From: the human T2T-CHM13v2.0 reference genome, Homo sapiens
DNA length: 64,000 bases
Direction: 5' to 3' (one strand)
NCBI RefSeq assembly: GCF_009914755.1
Contig: NC_060940.1
This document shows positions 42,148-57,885 of this stretch, piece after piece. The translations under genes and the position numbers were made by a program. The stretch's first letter is position 1. Every line of letters begins with the position of its first letter. The notes beneath the pieces are model-generated. The model was not told the DNA's origin. It saw nothing but the letters and a program-made list of their open reading frames with translations, and searched no databases.

Positions 42148-45100
42148 TAGGTATAAAATATGTAACTTCACTTAATTTTATCCTTTATGTATCTCCCTAT
42201 ATTATGTACCTATGGACATCAAACTTAGTACAGACTGATAAAAGGCTGAATAGACAACTCTGGTTTCAAAAATCCAGCTTCTCACAACATCAGACATACT
42301 AGTATACAGCTTTTCTAATTTCACAACACATTTCCATTTTTTGGTCTTTCACAATAGAGAAGATGTGTGTACTTTTGAATACTCTGATCTGTCTACAATC
42401 TACCAAAATTGGAAGGTGTTTTTATTATACAGTTTCATCCTTTTAGAAATATAGAAAGATCCTAAGTTTGGGCACAGTAAGACACTCAATATAGATCTAC
42501 TACTAAACAAGTAAGACCAATTACACAATTAATGTCCTAATACCCCGAGTGGAGAAGTAAAATCTACTTGTTTTCTGTTGACTTGAACGCCTTCTCTTCT
42601 TTGTTGAATTAATCAATCTATTTGACTCCAATGTCAAATTAATAAATGTCACTTTAGAATATTAAAATGTACAATTATGAATTACACATTTAATTTTAAA
42701 ACACATCATTCTGATCTCTGTCTTGATTGATACTAGAAGATTATCTTCCAAACTAAGGTGGAAAAAATGACAGACTTTAGCTATTGGCAATGATAGGTCA
42801 TTTTTTTAGGGAAGAGGAGTAAAGAGGGCCACCTCCATAGGTCAGATATCCCTTTGTTCTAAGAAGCCACCACCCCTGTTTCTTCATATGAAAAAAACCA
42901 GAGGCATCCAGTGGTTCCCAAAACCTTCTCAACTTTACGCTTGAGGAACCCACAGATTTCAAATAATACAACTGACCTAAGACACTCATTTGTTTAACCA
43001 TTCTTTTTTTAACTTTTTATTTTTTTTGAGAAGGAGTCTTGCTCTGCTGCCCAGGCTGGAGTGCAGTGGTGTGATGTCGCTCACTACAACCTCTGCCTCT
43101 CAGGTTCAAGTGATTCTCCTGCCTCAGCCTCCCGAGTAACTGGGATTACAGGCATGCACCACCACATCCCGCTAATTTATTTATTTATTTTTTTTTAGTA
43201 GAGACGGGGGTTTCACCATGTCGGTTGGCCAGGCTGGTCTCGAACTCCTGACCTCAGGTGATCCACCCACCTCAGCCTCCCAAAGTGCTGGGATTACAGG
43301 CGTGAGCCACTGCCCCCGGCCTGCTTAACCATTCTTAAATGTCGGGTGCAGTGGCTCACACCTGTAATCTCAACACTTTGGGAGGCTGAAGGTGGGCAGA
43401 TTGCTTGCGTTCAGGGGTTCAAGACCAGCCTGGGCAACGTGGTGAAAACCCCATCTCTACAAAAAATACAAAAATGAGCCGGGCTGTTGGCAAGCGCCTG
43501 TAGCCCCAGCTACTTGTGGATGCTGAGGCAGGAGGCTTGAGCCTGGGAGGTCGAGACTGCAGTAAGCCAAGTATCTGTGCCGCTGCACTCCAGCCTGGGT
43601 GACACAGCAAGACCGTCTCAAAAAAATTGACAGAAGAGTTGACTGAGAGCACAGTGAATGAAAAGGAAGACTATAAGCCAGTGCCATATAAATGCTTACT
43701 GTTGGAGGTATGCTTCTATGGAACACGGGTTTGCTCTCTTGCCATATGACATTCACATATTCAGCCACCTGGAACACTTCCTGTCAGTATGTGTGAAGTA
43801 TCATGTGTGGTCAAAATTGTCTCAACAGTCATTTTCCACACCAACTGGCAAACTAACACTAAAAGAAATCAACAAGTATTGCTTTTTCAAAAGCCTAAAT
43901 CGGCTGAGTGCGATGACTTACACCTGTAATCCCAGCACTTTGGGAGGCCAAAGCAGGCGGATCACCTGAGTCAGGAGTCCGAGAACAGGCCGGCCAACAT
44001 GGTGGAATCTCGTCTCTACTAAAAATACAAAAATTAGCTGGACGCCTGTAATCCCAGCTACTCAGGAGGCTGAGGCAGGAGAATTTTTCCCTGTAACCGG
44101 GAGGCAGGGGCTGCAGTGAGTCGAGATTACACCACTGCACTCCAGCCTGGGAGACAGAGCAAGACTCCATCTCAGGAAGACAAAAAAAAAAAAAAAAAAA
44201 AAGCCTACATCAAGGAAAACAGAACCAAAACACCAGGGACAAAATGGTACATAAGAGGCAAAAAAATTTTCACCAAAATTATTCAGATGAACAATAATAA
44301 ATGTGCCTGCATCTGAAGATGTTCTAAACCTTCATTTAAGCAAGAAGCAAGATCAAGATCTGTTCCGTCAGTTACCTGGAGTCTGTCATCTTTCTGAATA
44401 GGGGACAGAATCACCTCAAATTTAACTAATAAAAATTTATGACTTGGCAAACACCCCAGGTATTTTTATTGACTAACAAATCAGCTATGACAATCTTAGC
44501 AACAAATCAAGTTATGCTATGGGGTATGTCCACACTTCCCTGTTCCCTCTACAACAGGAGAAAATCAAATTTTTCCAACATCCTAACAAACTGTTATTGC
44601 CTGTAACCAAATGTATCACAGTATCGTCTACCAAGGCGTTACATCCTGAAACTTTCCTACAAAAAGCACAGCTTCAAAGAAACCTTGCAAGCTTTCTTGT
44701 AAGCTCCTCCCTTCCCCCATCGCCCCTCCCCAGAGCCAAGAAATAAAGCACTTGAAAGAAACAACATGGATAATATTTATTAATAGCTCATGTACATATT
44801 CCATAACTACATAAGCCATTTGGCTTCATACCTGTCAGCAATGAAGTCAGCTGGCCCTAGCACGTGGCTGCGACTCTTCTCTATTTATTTAGAACTACAA
44901 ACTACAATTTACACTTTTCCAAAAGCTGTAGGACTATTTGGGAAGGGCACTTTATTCTTCTAAAAGGTTACTAAATTCTCTTGTATACTTATACTGATCA
45001 CAATACTGAAAAATAATAGAAAATCCATTGTCATTCATTTACCACCTAATTTGTTAGATGCCAGAAAATCAAATTTCACACATTTCAATAAAAAGGCAAA

Positions 45101-46149
45101 ACTAAGCATGTCAATCATAGGAAAAAAAATACTTAATCAACTAATTTTATTTAAAGCACTCACAAACTCTTAAGTGGTACAAGACAAGTCAACGCTGTTT
45201 ATCGAACAATATTTTTTTTTACGACTAAACATCTCAATTCTAGACTCAGGCACTAATTATTAAAGTCATCTAGTTATATACACCAATTCTCAACAGACAC
45301 AGTTTTTTTTGGAAAGGCATATTAAACAGACTAAGATGTGTACTACCCATTAGCCAAAGATAATTTTATTGATTTTTCTAACAAGTCTTCAAATGTTACA
45401 TTCTAACATCTTAGCAAATTATTTCCAAATACTGCTGGAATTACATGTAACTATCAGGAAACAAAAGGGCTTCTCAACAACTTGTGCGTTCTACATTATC
45501 TGGCCAGTTTCCGGACAATTATAATACAATTGTGCTCCAAAGTAGGAGAGTTCCATGAATCAATTACCCCTAAAATATATTTCTGTATATTTAAGGAGTT
45601 CTAAGCATTGGGTTAAATTCCAAACAGACTCTGAATACAAGCATTTATTTAGTAAGAGAGGTTAGAATAAATCAATCCTAAATTAGGCACAGCTGCCCTC
45701 CCCCCATTGATCAAAAAGACAGGAAATTACATTTATTTAAAAAGTTAATGTTCCTAATATATTCAAATCTAACTAAGCCCCAAAACGGTCTGACATCAAA
45801 TCCTCCATAAAAGAGGAAATTCTCTAGACTTCTAAGTGGGTGCCCAGAGTTCACTCAAGTGTCCAGGTATGAATTACGATTCACCAGAGTAACCGGCCTT
45901 GCACTTAGGGAAAACTTCCATCGCCCAAGACCAGAGTAGGTCGATCCCATCAACAGTCACACAATCTCATCTCACGCTCCACTAATGAATGTTCTGCCTA
46001 AAGTCAGAGCAATGCCTTAGCTGGAGTTTTGTTTTGGTTTTTTCAATATTACCACGTGGGGGTCACAGAAAGGAACAGAGGTTAGAAGAGCTCTCACGTG
46101 GCGGCTGAAAGACTGGGGAACCGAGAAAGTGAATGAGTAACAGGGAGGG

Positions 46150-47390
46150 TCCTGTACTCTCAGAATCTCCCAACTCGGGGTCAGGGGGAAGCGGTAAGTG
46201 GAATGCCCCCCGCCCCCCCACCCCCGCCTCTTTCTCACCTCCTGGTCCCGACCCTAGGCCAGTGCCACCGCCGGGAGCCCCGGGTCTCGGCTTCAGCCCC
46301 GGGCTGAACAAGCAGGGAGGGGAGAGGCACTTAGGCCTCGCCTCCCCGCGGCCTTCCTCCCCCAGCCGGGGCGGAGGAGACCCAGGAAGCCGCGCCCGGC
46401 TCCCGGGGGTGGAGGGCCTAGGCCGCGCCTCCCAGCCCCGCGGCCCTAGGCCTCCGCCCGCCCGAGGCGGAGCCCGGGAGGTCGGGGCGGGGTCCCGGGC
46501 CGGTCACCCACCTGGGTTGCCAGTCATTCCAGCTCCGCGAATAGTTGGTGCCGTTGGTGCCGCCGCCGCCGCCGCCGCCGCTCAGCCGAGACCCCGGGGC
46601 TCTGCGGCTCATTACCTTCCCCGACACGATATGGCCAAGCGCCGCCGCCCAGAGAAGCGCGAGTCGCCACCCGAACCGGCCGCCGCCAACACCCCGCTCC
46701 GGCCCGGGGCTGAGAAGGAAGCCGAGAAGGAGGAGGAGGAGGAGGCGGCGGCGGGCGGGGGAAGAGGACGACCGTTCCGGGTTCCGCCTGAGCCCGCAGC
46801 ACAGGACGAGGAGGCGGGAGCGGCGCGGTGAGAGAGAGGCGGATGAAGGGGAGGCGACGTCTCTTCCAGGGCCCTGCGCGGCCCACGTCGCCGGGGCCCC
46901 CGAGGAGGAGGACGACGAGGAACAGGCGGTGGCGGCAGCTCCTCACGCTCACACGGCCACTGCTTCCCCGCCTCCCGGCTCCGCTCGCCGCGCCGCCGCT
47001 GTCGCACGGCATGCTGGGAGCGAGAGGCGGGGTCGGCCCCGCCGTGCCTGCGGAGAGAGGCGGGTCCTGTCGGCGGGGCGGGGCCGATAGCAGGCCGCCC
47101 CGCCCCCCACGGCCCCAGGCTCTTGGACGGCGAAGAGGTCTGGGCGTAGCGGTGACGAATCCTAAGACAGGGGATCTCCACTACTGCGGCCACACACTTT
47201 TCTCCCAAATGCTTCCCGGAAAGCACCGGAGGGCCAGGCAGTCAGGTGTAAACAGGCGTCCAATCAAGGACCTGCGGTGGGGGGTGGGGGGGGGGGGCGG
47301 GCTGTTGCCCTGGGGTGCGCGCGCACACAGGGGCGCCCTTGGATTCACGTGTGCCAGTTTTCCCACTTTCTACGGGGCGGGGTGGAAAGT
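46150..47390 (-). promoter_or_regulatory. CpG-island promoter and first exon of the SMG1 paralog
   Basis: Very GC- and CpG-dense stretch around the ATG. GC boxes at about 47075 and 47375, CCAAT at about 47260, E-box CACGTG at 47346-47351. Confidence 0.85.
46512..46612 (-). pseudogene. SMG1-like exon 1, coding part (101 nt)
   Basis: ATG at 46612; MSRRAPGSRLSGGGGGGGTNGTNYSRSWNDWQP; donor CAG|GTGGGT. Confidence 0.95.
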
Positions 47391-47622
47391 GAAAATAGTC
47401 AGATCGACAGGTGGATATCCACCTTCCCAACCTCCACCTGAAATGTGCCCATCGAGTCCTAGCACCTTTTACCATTTCTTCCCAATGAAAAAAACTAAAC
47501 GATGGAAGGGAAGGGAGTACCCACGACCACCAAACCCTGTCCTCTGCAATGTGAAATGTGCTTTGAAGTCCTCTCACCCTGAGGCTTGCCCGCCTTCTGC
47601 TGGTGAAAGAAGCTGGGGGCTA

Positions 47623-48497
<875 letters not shown>

Positions 48498-49299
48498 TTA
48501 TCTGCATAAGGAGTCTTAACCTATCATTTTATGTTGCAAAGAAAACGTCTTTATATATCGCTTGTGCAATTAAAAATTGTTACCAAAAGTACTTGAAGAT
48601 TACGAGGAGTTGACACCTCCACACACATGCATATCCCCTCCACCTTGGGCTCCTTGCTTATGGCCACCAATCCCTCACTAAGGGAGGATCTTGCCAGTTC
48701 TAAATGATGGGGACTACAAAAATTACAAAAATTACCCGGCGTGGTAGCGCGTGCCTGTGGTCCCAGGAACTCAGGAGGGTGAGGCAGGAGGATGACTTGA
48801 GTCCAGCGGGTGGAGGCTGCAGTGACCTATGATCCTGCCACTGCACTCCAGGCTGGGCTGCGGAGGGTAGGGAGGGAGGGAGAAGAAGAAAGAGAAAACG
48901 CGGGGCACCATGGATGGCTGACTCCTGTAATCCCAGCACTTTGGGAGGCCGAGGTGGGTGGATCACTTGAGGTCAAGAGACCAGCCTGACAAATATGGTG
49001 AAACCCCGTCTCTACAAAAAAATACAAAAATTAACCAGGCATGGTGGCGCACGCCTGTAGTCCCAGCTATTTGGGGAAGCTGAGGCATGAGGATTGCTTG
49101 AACCCAGGAGCCAGAGGTTGTAGTGAGCCGAGATCGTGCCACTGAACTCCGGCCTGGGTGACAGAGCAAGACTGTCTCAAAAAAAAAAAAAAAAATCATT
49201 TAGATGAAGTGATTCATGCCTGTAATTCCAGTGATGGGAGGCTGAGACTGGAAGATCCTTGAGCCTGGGAGTTATAGGCCAGCCTGAGCAACATAGTGA

Positions 49300-49809
<510 letters not shown>

Positions 49810-49931
49810 TAGCCAGGATGGTCTCAATCTCCTGACCTCGTGATCCGCCCGCCTCGGCCTCCCAAAGTGATGGGATTACAGGCGTGAGCCACCGCGCCTG
49901 GCCCTCTTTTTCTTTATTGGTCAAAATATTA

Positions 49932-50201
<270 letters not shown>

Positions 50202-50728
50202 TTAAGTTGCTTTCCAGGAAGTTTCTGCCAATGATAGTGTGATACTTTCTGTGTCCTCACACCACCCTTTGTCAACACTGAGTGTTTTTGAGGGTTAATT
50301 ATTTCTATGAGAGAAGTTAAAAAAAAAAAAGACAACAAAGAAATTGCTTCAGGTGGGGCATGGTGGCTCACGCCTGTAATCCCAGCACTTTGGGAGGCTG
50401 AGATGAGAGAATCACTTAAGCCTAGGAGGTGGAGGTTGCAGTGAGCCTAGATCGTGCCACTACACTCCAGCCTGGGCAACAGAGTGAGACTCCATTTCAA
50501 TAAAATAAATCAAATGAATCAAACGTGAGCAACTCTCATAACTTCCAACATTTTTTTCTTCTTCCTGTTGGTGGTTCTGCCTCTCTGGCTCCATTAGGAT
50601 TTCCCTACTCCATTTCAGTCATGGGAGCCGAGTTTCTGTTCCTGAAACACACCAGGCCTTTCTGGCCTCTGGATTTTTGTACTTGCTGTTCCCGCCATCT
50701 GGAATGCCTTCCCTGCATTTGTTCCCAT

Positions 50729-51053
<325 letters not shown>

Positions 51054-52273
51054 ATTTTCCTGGCCTGTCTCATCTCCAGACAGGTTTGCTTTGACCTCCC
51101 TGCCCATAAAAGCTGGCCAGTGCCCTTTCCAGGTACTCTGTCACATACCCTATTTCTTTCCTTGGTAGTACCCAGCACCATCTGCAAGTATTGGGTTTCT
51201 TTGCACATTTAGCATCTGTCCAACCCTTAGTATATCAGCTTTGCAAGAGCAAAGGTCACATCTATCTCAGCCTACCTCCTCCATACTCAGCACACAGCAC
51301 AGCACCTGACCATAGGAAGCACTCAAGAAATGGGAGGAATGAAATGGAAATTATCTAAAATAAGGATCAAGATTGATACAGAAGTATTCATCTCAGTTTT
51401 ACTTATTAATAGCAAAACAAAAACAAAACACCTGGAAACTATACTAATGCTCAACAATAGGAAACTGATTAGGATGCAGTACATTCAGAGCTGAAATTTT
51501 CTGCAGCCATTACAAATTATATTTGTGAAGATTTTTTTTTTTTTTTTTGAGATGGAGTTTTGCTCTTGTTGCCCAGGCTGGAGGGCAATGTCTCGATCTC
51601 GGCTCACTGCAACTTCCGCCTCCCGGGTTCAAGCGATTGGTCTGTCATTTTCAGACCCCACAGAAACACAGGTGCTCCTGCCAGGCCCCCGGGGACTGCC
51701 TCCAGGAGTCATTTGTAATGACAGGGTGCGTTCTGCGCACGGTTTCAGAGTCTGTCCAAAGGGCCAATGCTGGGGCTGGGGCAGAAACGGTCCAAGGCCT
51801 GTGAGCTGTGCAGCTTTATAGGCAAATGAAGATCGTTTACCCAGAATTGCCTGCTGGAGAGAGCATAGAGGAAGTGGCGGCAGCTTCACCAGTTCCAGGA
51901 AGCCCAGGCAGCCTGGTCCCCCAGGGTGCACCTGGCACAGCAGTTCGCACAGGGCCAGAGAGCGGCAGCTGACCGCTGCAACTACAGCTGGCCTGACACC
52001 GGGCACAGGTACCAGCCCAGCCCAGTCCCGCCCAGCGCAGCCTGCGGCCCCTAGCGGAGCCAGCACCTGGCAAACCTGACACCCAGCCTTGGAGCTTGGG
52101 CCCCCCTCTGCAGCTGGCTGGGGCTCCTGAGACAGCTTCTTTGTCGGAATCCACTCGGTACACACACGGTCCCTAACTTAGTGGCTGCCCAGTGAACATG
52201 GGGCTTAGTAGAACCAGTACCTTCCTCCCTGGCCCCTTCAAGTCTAAATATCCCCTGCTCTGAGTACAAGCTT

Positions 52274-52544
52274 CCACCTTCTCCACCGACAGACAGCCCC
52301 CACCATCTCCACCGACAGACAGCCCCCACCATCTCCACCGACAGACAGCCCCCACCATCTCCACCGACAGACAGCCCCCACCATCTCCACCGACAGACAG
52401 CCCCCACCATCTCCACTGACAGACAGCCCCCACCATCTCCACTGACAGACAGCCCCCACCTTCTCCACTGATAGACAGCCCCCACCTTCTCCACTGATAG
52501 ACAGCCCCCACCTTATCCACTGATAGACAGCCTCCACCATCTCC
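52274..52544. repeat. Minisatellite, 26-bp unit, about 10.4 copies
   Basis: CTCCACCGACAGACAGCCCCCACCAT with units starting at 52281+26n (n=0-9). Confidence 0.97.
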
Positions 52545-53111
52545 CGTGTCATCCCCTGGGGGGACTTGTAAAAGCAGTGGTGGGGGAGTGGGATGGAAAC
52601 CCAGAGCTTCTGATCAGGCAGGTCGGGGGAGAGGGAGACAACACATCTGCACAGAACAAGGTCCCAGGGAGGCCGGCGCTGCTGGTCCAGGGAGCACCCC
52701 CCAGCACAGGCGCGTGCTTCCCTGATGGACACGTCACCGCCCTGGGCTCCAGAAAATGAATGTCTGACCCAGTGACCCCTGTCCTCACCCAAGGCCAACC
52801 TCACCCCAGAATGGGCTGGAATGCTGAGCCTGCCCATGCCGGCTCCAGATCCACCCGCCTCCCCACCATTGCTGGCCACAGAGAGAGGTCAAAATGGTCC
52901 GGAAACCCCAAGGAAAATGAAGCAGTTCCAGGGCAGGGAAGCAAAGGCAGTGTTTCCTTTTTTTTTTGAGACGAAGTCTCCCTCTTGTCGCCCAGGCTGG
53001 AGTGCAATGGTGCGATCTTGGCTCACTGCAACCTCCACCTCCTGAGTTCAAGCCATTCTCTCACCTCTACTTCCCGAGTAGCTGCAGCCTCTGCCTCCGG
53101 GGATCAAGTGA

Positions 53112-53489
<378 letters not shown>

Positions 53490-55193
53490 TAACAGGCTGG
53501 TGTCACATTTTCAAATTCTGTCACCAGGCCTTGAACACATGTCTTTGTACTTTTTTCCATTTTTAACCGGGGCTGAGTTACGCCCAACCACACTGTCCTG
53601 GCTGGCACGGGGGAAGAGGTGTCAGCTGCTGTCCAGAATGGGGCTGACACATTCATTTTAAACAGGCCAGGAAGATGCAGATTTGGCAAGCTCTGAAATT
53701 TGCCGACACCCCAAGTCGAGGGTAAGCAGGAGAACCAGAAAAGGGCAGCTTCTCATGTGGTCAGGTTCTCCTGATGCAAGCGTCCTGGTGGATTTGGGTT
53801 TCCCAAGGGTCCTGACTCCAGGAGACCCCCAGGACCGACAGGAAGGGCCACCCCTCCCTCTGAAACTCTGAAGCCAGGCCACCCGGTGCTGAAATGCTGT
53901 GTGAACTCGGGAAAGTTCCTTCGCAGGGACTGAGCCTCCCTTTCCTGTCTCCAACAGACTGGAACACTGCCTCCCATTGTATGGGTGAAATACCTCGCGG
54001 ACATGTCTTACGGCGCCCCATGAAAGCATCACCATTAATCTGACCAGTCACCGCAGCATTAGTATCTTCAGGGCACAGATGAAGCCGTGGGCACCAGTGA
54101 TAAGGAGTTGCCACTGCTGGCTAAGTGCGGAGCCTCACACATCTGTGGCCCAGAAACCCACACCCCACTCCAAACCCTCTATAGCTCCAACAGTTATGCT
54201 AACAAGAAAAAGGAGTGAAAACCCGCTCCAGTTACGGTATTGTGGAGGTGGAGGACACTTGTGGCAGCCAATCCAACACCTCCATTTTATAGCTGGTGTA
54301 AACATAGTTCAGAAAGGTTGTCCCACTTGCTGAAAGTCACACAGCAGTTCCTGGGCGGCAAAGTGAGGACATCCAGGTCTCCTAAATCTCACCCTCGTGC
54401 TCTGCCCACTTGACTGGGCTTTTCAATCCTGGCTGTCAAAGAGAAGCACCAAGTCCACTTGGGCTCCTGGCCAGCATCCAGGCCAGTCCAACTCAACAGC
54501 AAGCGGAAGCAAATACCACACAATGAACTCGTTGAACAGACTCTGCGCTCAGGCTTAACCAGTGCACAGCCTGCACACCCGACAGGCGGATACAGCTGTT
54601 CCAAGCTAAGGCCAGGGCCTCTCCCCAATCCCAATGGGCTCTGCAGGTGCAGTGATGGAAGAATCCCTGGTGACAGGGAGCCCTTAGCTCTGAGCAGGAC
54701 CTGAAGCCATCTCAGGGCTTGCACCGGTCCAGATGCTGCTGCACAAGTGCTACAGGGGCTCCTGCCCTGCCCTCCTCACCTGCCCCCTCACCTGTCAGGG
54801 ATGTTTGATTCCTGGCTGGCCCCTCCCCTACCTGACCCCTGCCAAAGACCTACGCCACCCCAGGCTCCCAGCTCTGAAGCAAACGCCAGAGAAGTCAAGC
54901 GCCTGGCTGCGGGCCACACAGCTTGAGGGACTCAGAGCTCCAGGGACAGTGCCCGGGCCCTGCTCAGGCCTTCTGCAGAGGCTCTGGGCTCTTCCAGTTG
55001 ACTCAGCTCACAGGGCCCCTACACGGTACCAGGTGAAGACACAGCCCCAAGAACTCCCAGGCTCTGAAGCCACACATGTGAGCTGTGGGCAGAATCCTGC
55101 ATTGGCCTCCAGCAGCTCGAGAGCACAGGGACAAAGCTGGACTGGCCCCAGGGTCACCGTGGCCTTGGTTTTGTAGCAGCTGCAGTTTGAGCA

Positions 55194-56350
<1,157 letters not shown>

Positions 56351-57755
56351 AGCAGCTCACACATATAGTGTCTCAGCAGTGACAGATGCTGGCCCACCCC
56401 GAGGTCAGGATGACTCAGCAGGGATCGAGTTTGCGGGCGTCACGCTCCAAGGCCCGGAATAGGAGGTTGGTGCTCATTCCTCACATAGTGGGCAAATCCT
56501 AGGGCAGGGGAGGGGCGGGCAATGCCAGAGAATGGTCCCCACCTGGGGCGGTCTGACGGCCAGGGATGCAGAGAAAGAGACGCCTCCCACGCTCCCAGAG
56601 GGCACGAGCTGTGGCCACCCCGGAGGGTCCGCCTTCCAGAGGGAGAGTTCAGGATTTGGCCACAATCAGGGAAGGAGACGCTGCGGGGGGGCCCTCCTGT
56701 TGGAAAAGGGCAGCGGCGGGAAGGGGGTGCTGCCACAGGGCCTCTGGGGAGCGCGCGGGCACACAGTACCAATCTGCGTGCATACACATGCCCTGTCCCT
56801 GCAGACGGGCCAGGCAAGGCCTGCCCATGGCCAGCCATCCAGGTGATGCTCCAGGGAGGGCCAGGCCTACTGGGGAGCAGAACCCTGTGGCTGTCCAGGA
56901 TACCTGGATGTGAGTCTGGGAAGGATGGAGAAGGGTGGAGGAGCGCGAAGAGCCCCTAGGGGTTGCTGGGGAACACAGATGAGCCTCTGACCCACCTGTG
57001 TCCTTACCTGGGCCGACTGGGCCACCCAGTCTTGCTGACACCTCCCCAGACCCCTGGCACCCACCAGACTCCCCAGGCGTGGCTGTGTGCTCCCCTATGC
57101 CTGAAGACAAACGGTGGCCTCAGTGTAGAGGTGGGCACTGTGGCCCCTGGCTCCTGGCTTGCTCCTGCCTCAGTTTCCCCAGCTGTAAATTGGGGATTAT
57201 CACTGGCTTCAAAGGCTGGAGTGGAAAGTGGTGGCCAAGAGGTGCCAAGAGGTGGTGCAAGCGTGTGCCCTACCTTGGACACCCCTCTCCAGGGGGTGGC
57301 TCTCACCCTGGCCTGGGCCCTCGGGGGTCTGCACAGCCCACCCTTCTGTGTGAAGGCGGCTGGTACACATTCCTGGGCAAGATTCTGCACATTCTGCTGG
57401 ATTATGAAAGAGGTCTGTGACCCAAGGAAAAAGGGTCAGAAGTGCCCGTTAGGCTCTCCTGTGTGGCTCAGGTCATGTGCTTCTGTGAACTCGCCCTAGG
57501 GCCTTGCCCCGAATCCCGTGATGCAGCGTGACCTGCCCAGGCGCTGGCGGCACTTTCATGTCTGGCTGGGAAAGTCGGATTTCAGCACTAATCACTGGCT
57601 GCCGCCTGCAATGAGCCCACGGCTTGAGCTCTGGGGCCCACCCAGCTCCTTAAACACGCAGAACCTTTGCTAGCTGAGCCAGGGTCCCAGCTGTGGGGGG
57701 TTGGGGATGGAGGGGTGCAGGGATCCCAAAACCCAACCCGGGGCCAGGTTTTACA

Positions 57756-57885
57756 CAGGCCTGGACTGAGAAGTGGGGCTACAGGCTACAGGTGCTTGAT
57801 ACCCCGGGGGGGCCCTGGAACAGGCCTGGACTGAGAAGCGGGGCTACAGGTTACAGGTGCTGGATACCCCAGGGGGGTGCTGGAC
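57756..57885. repeat. Two-copy tandem duplication, about 65-bp period
   Basis: CAGGCCTGGACTGAGAAGYGGGGCTACAGG starts at 57756 and 57821. Confidence 0.85.

Noticed and set aside
46524-47012. 162-aa upstream ORF overlapping the SMG1-like start codon
   Set aside because: Its ATG probably lies upstream of the transcription start (estimated near 46970 from memory of the SMG1 5' end). CAGE data could change this.
51845-52008. Possible plus-strand exon (ccag|AATTGCC...CACAG|gtacc)
   Set aside because: No recognisable protein in any frame and a weak pyrimidine tract; not supportable without transcript data.
52051-52879. Repetitive ORFs, or a CRISPR-like array, at the 26-bp repeat
   Set aside because: The units are contiguous with no unique spacers in a eukaryotic context. 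The same peptide appears in all three frames because 26 is not a multiple of 3.
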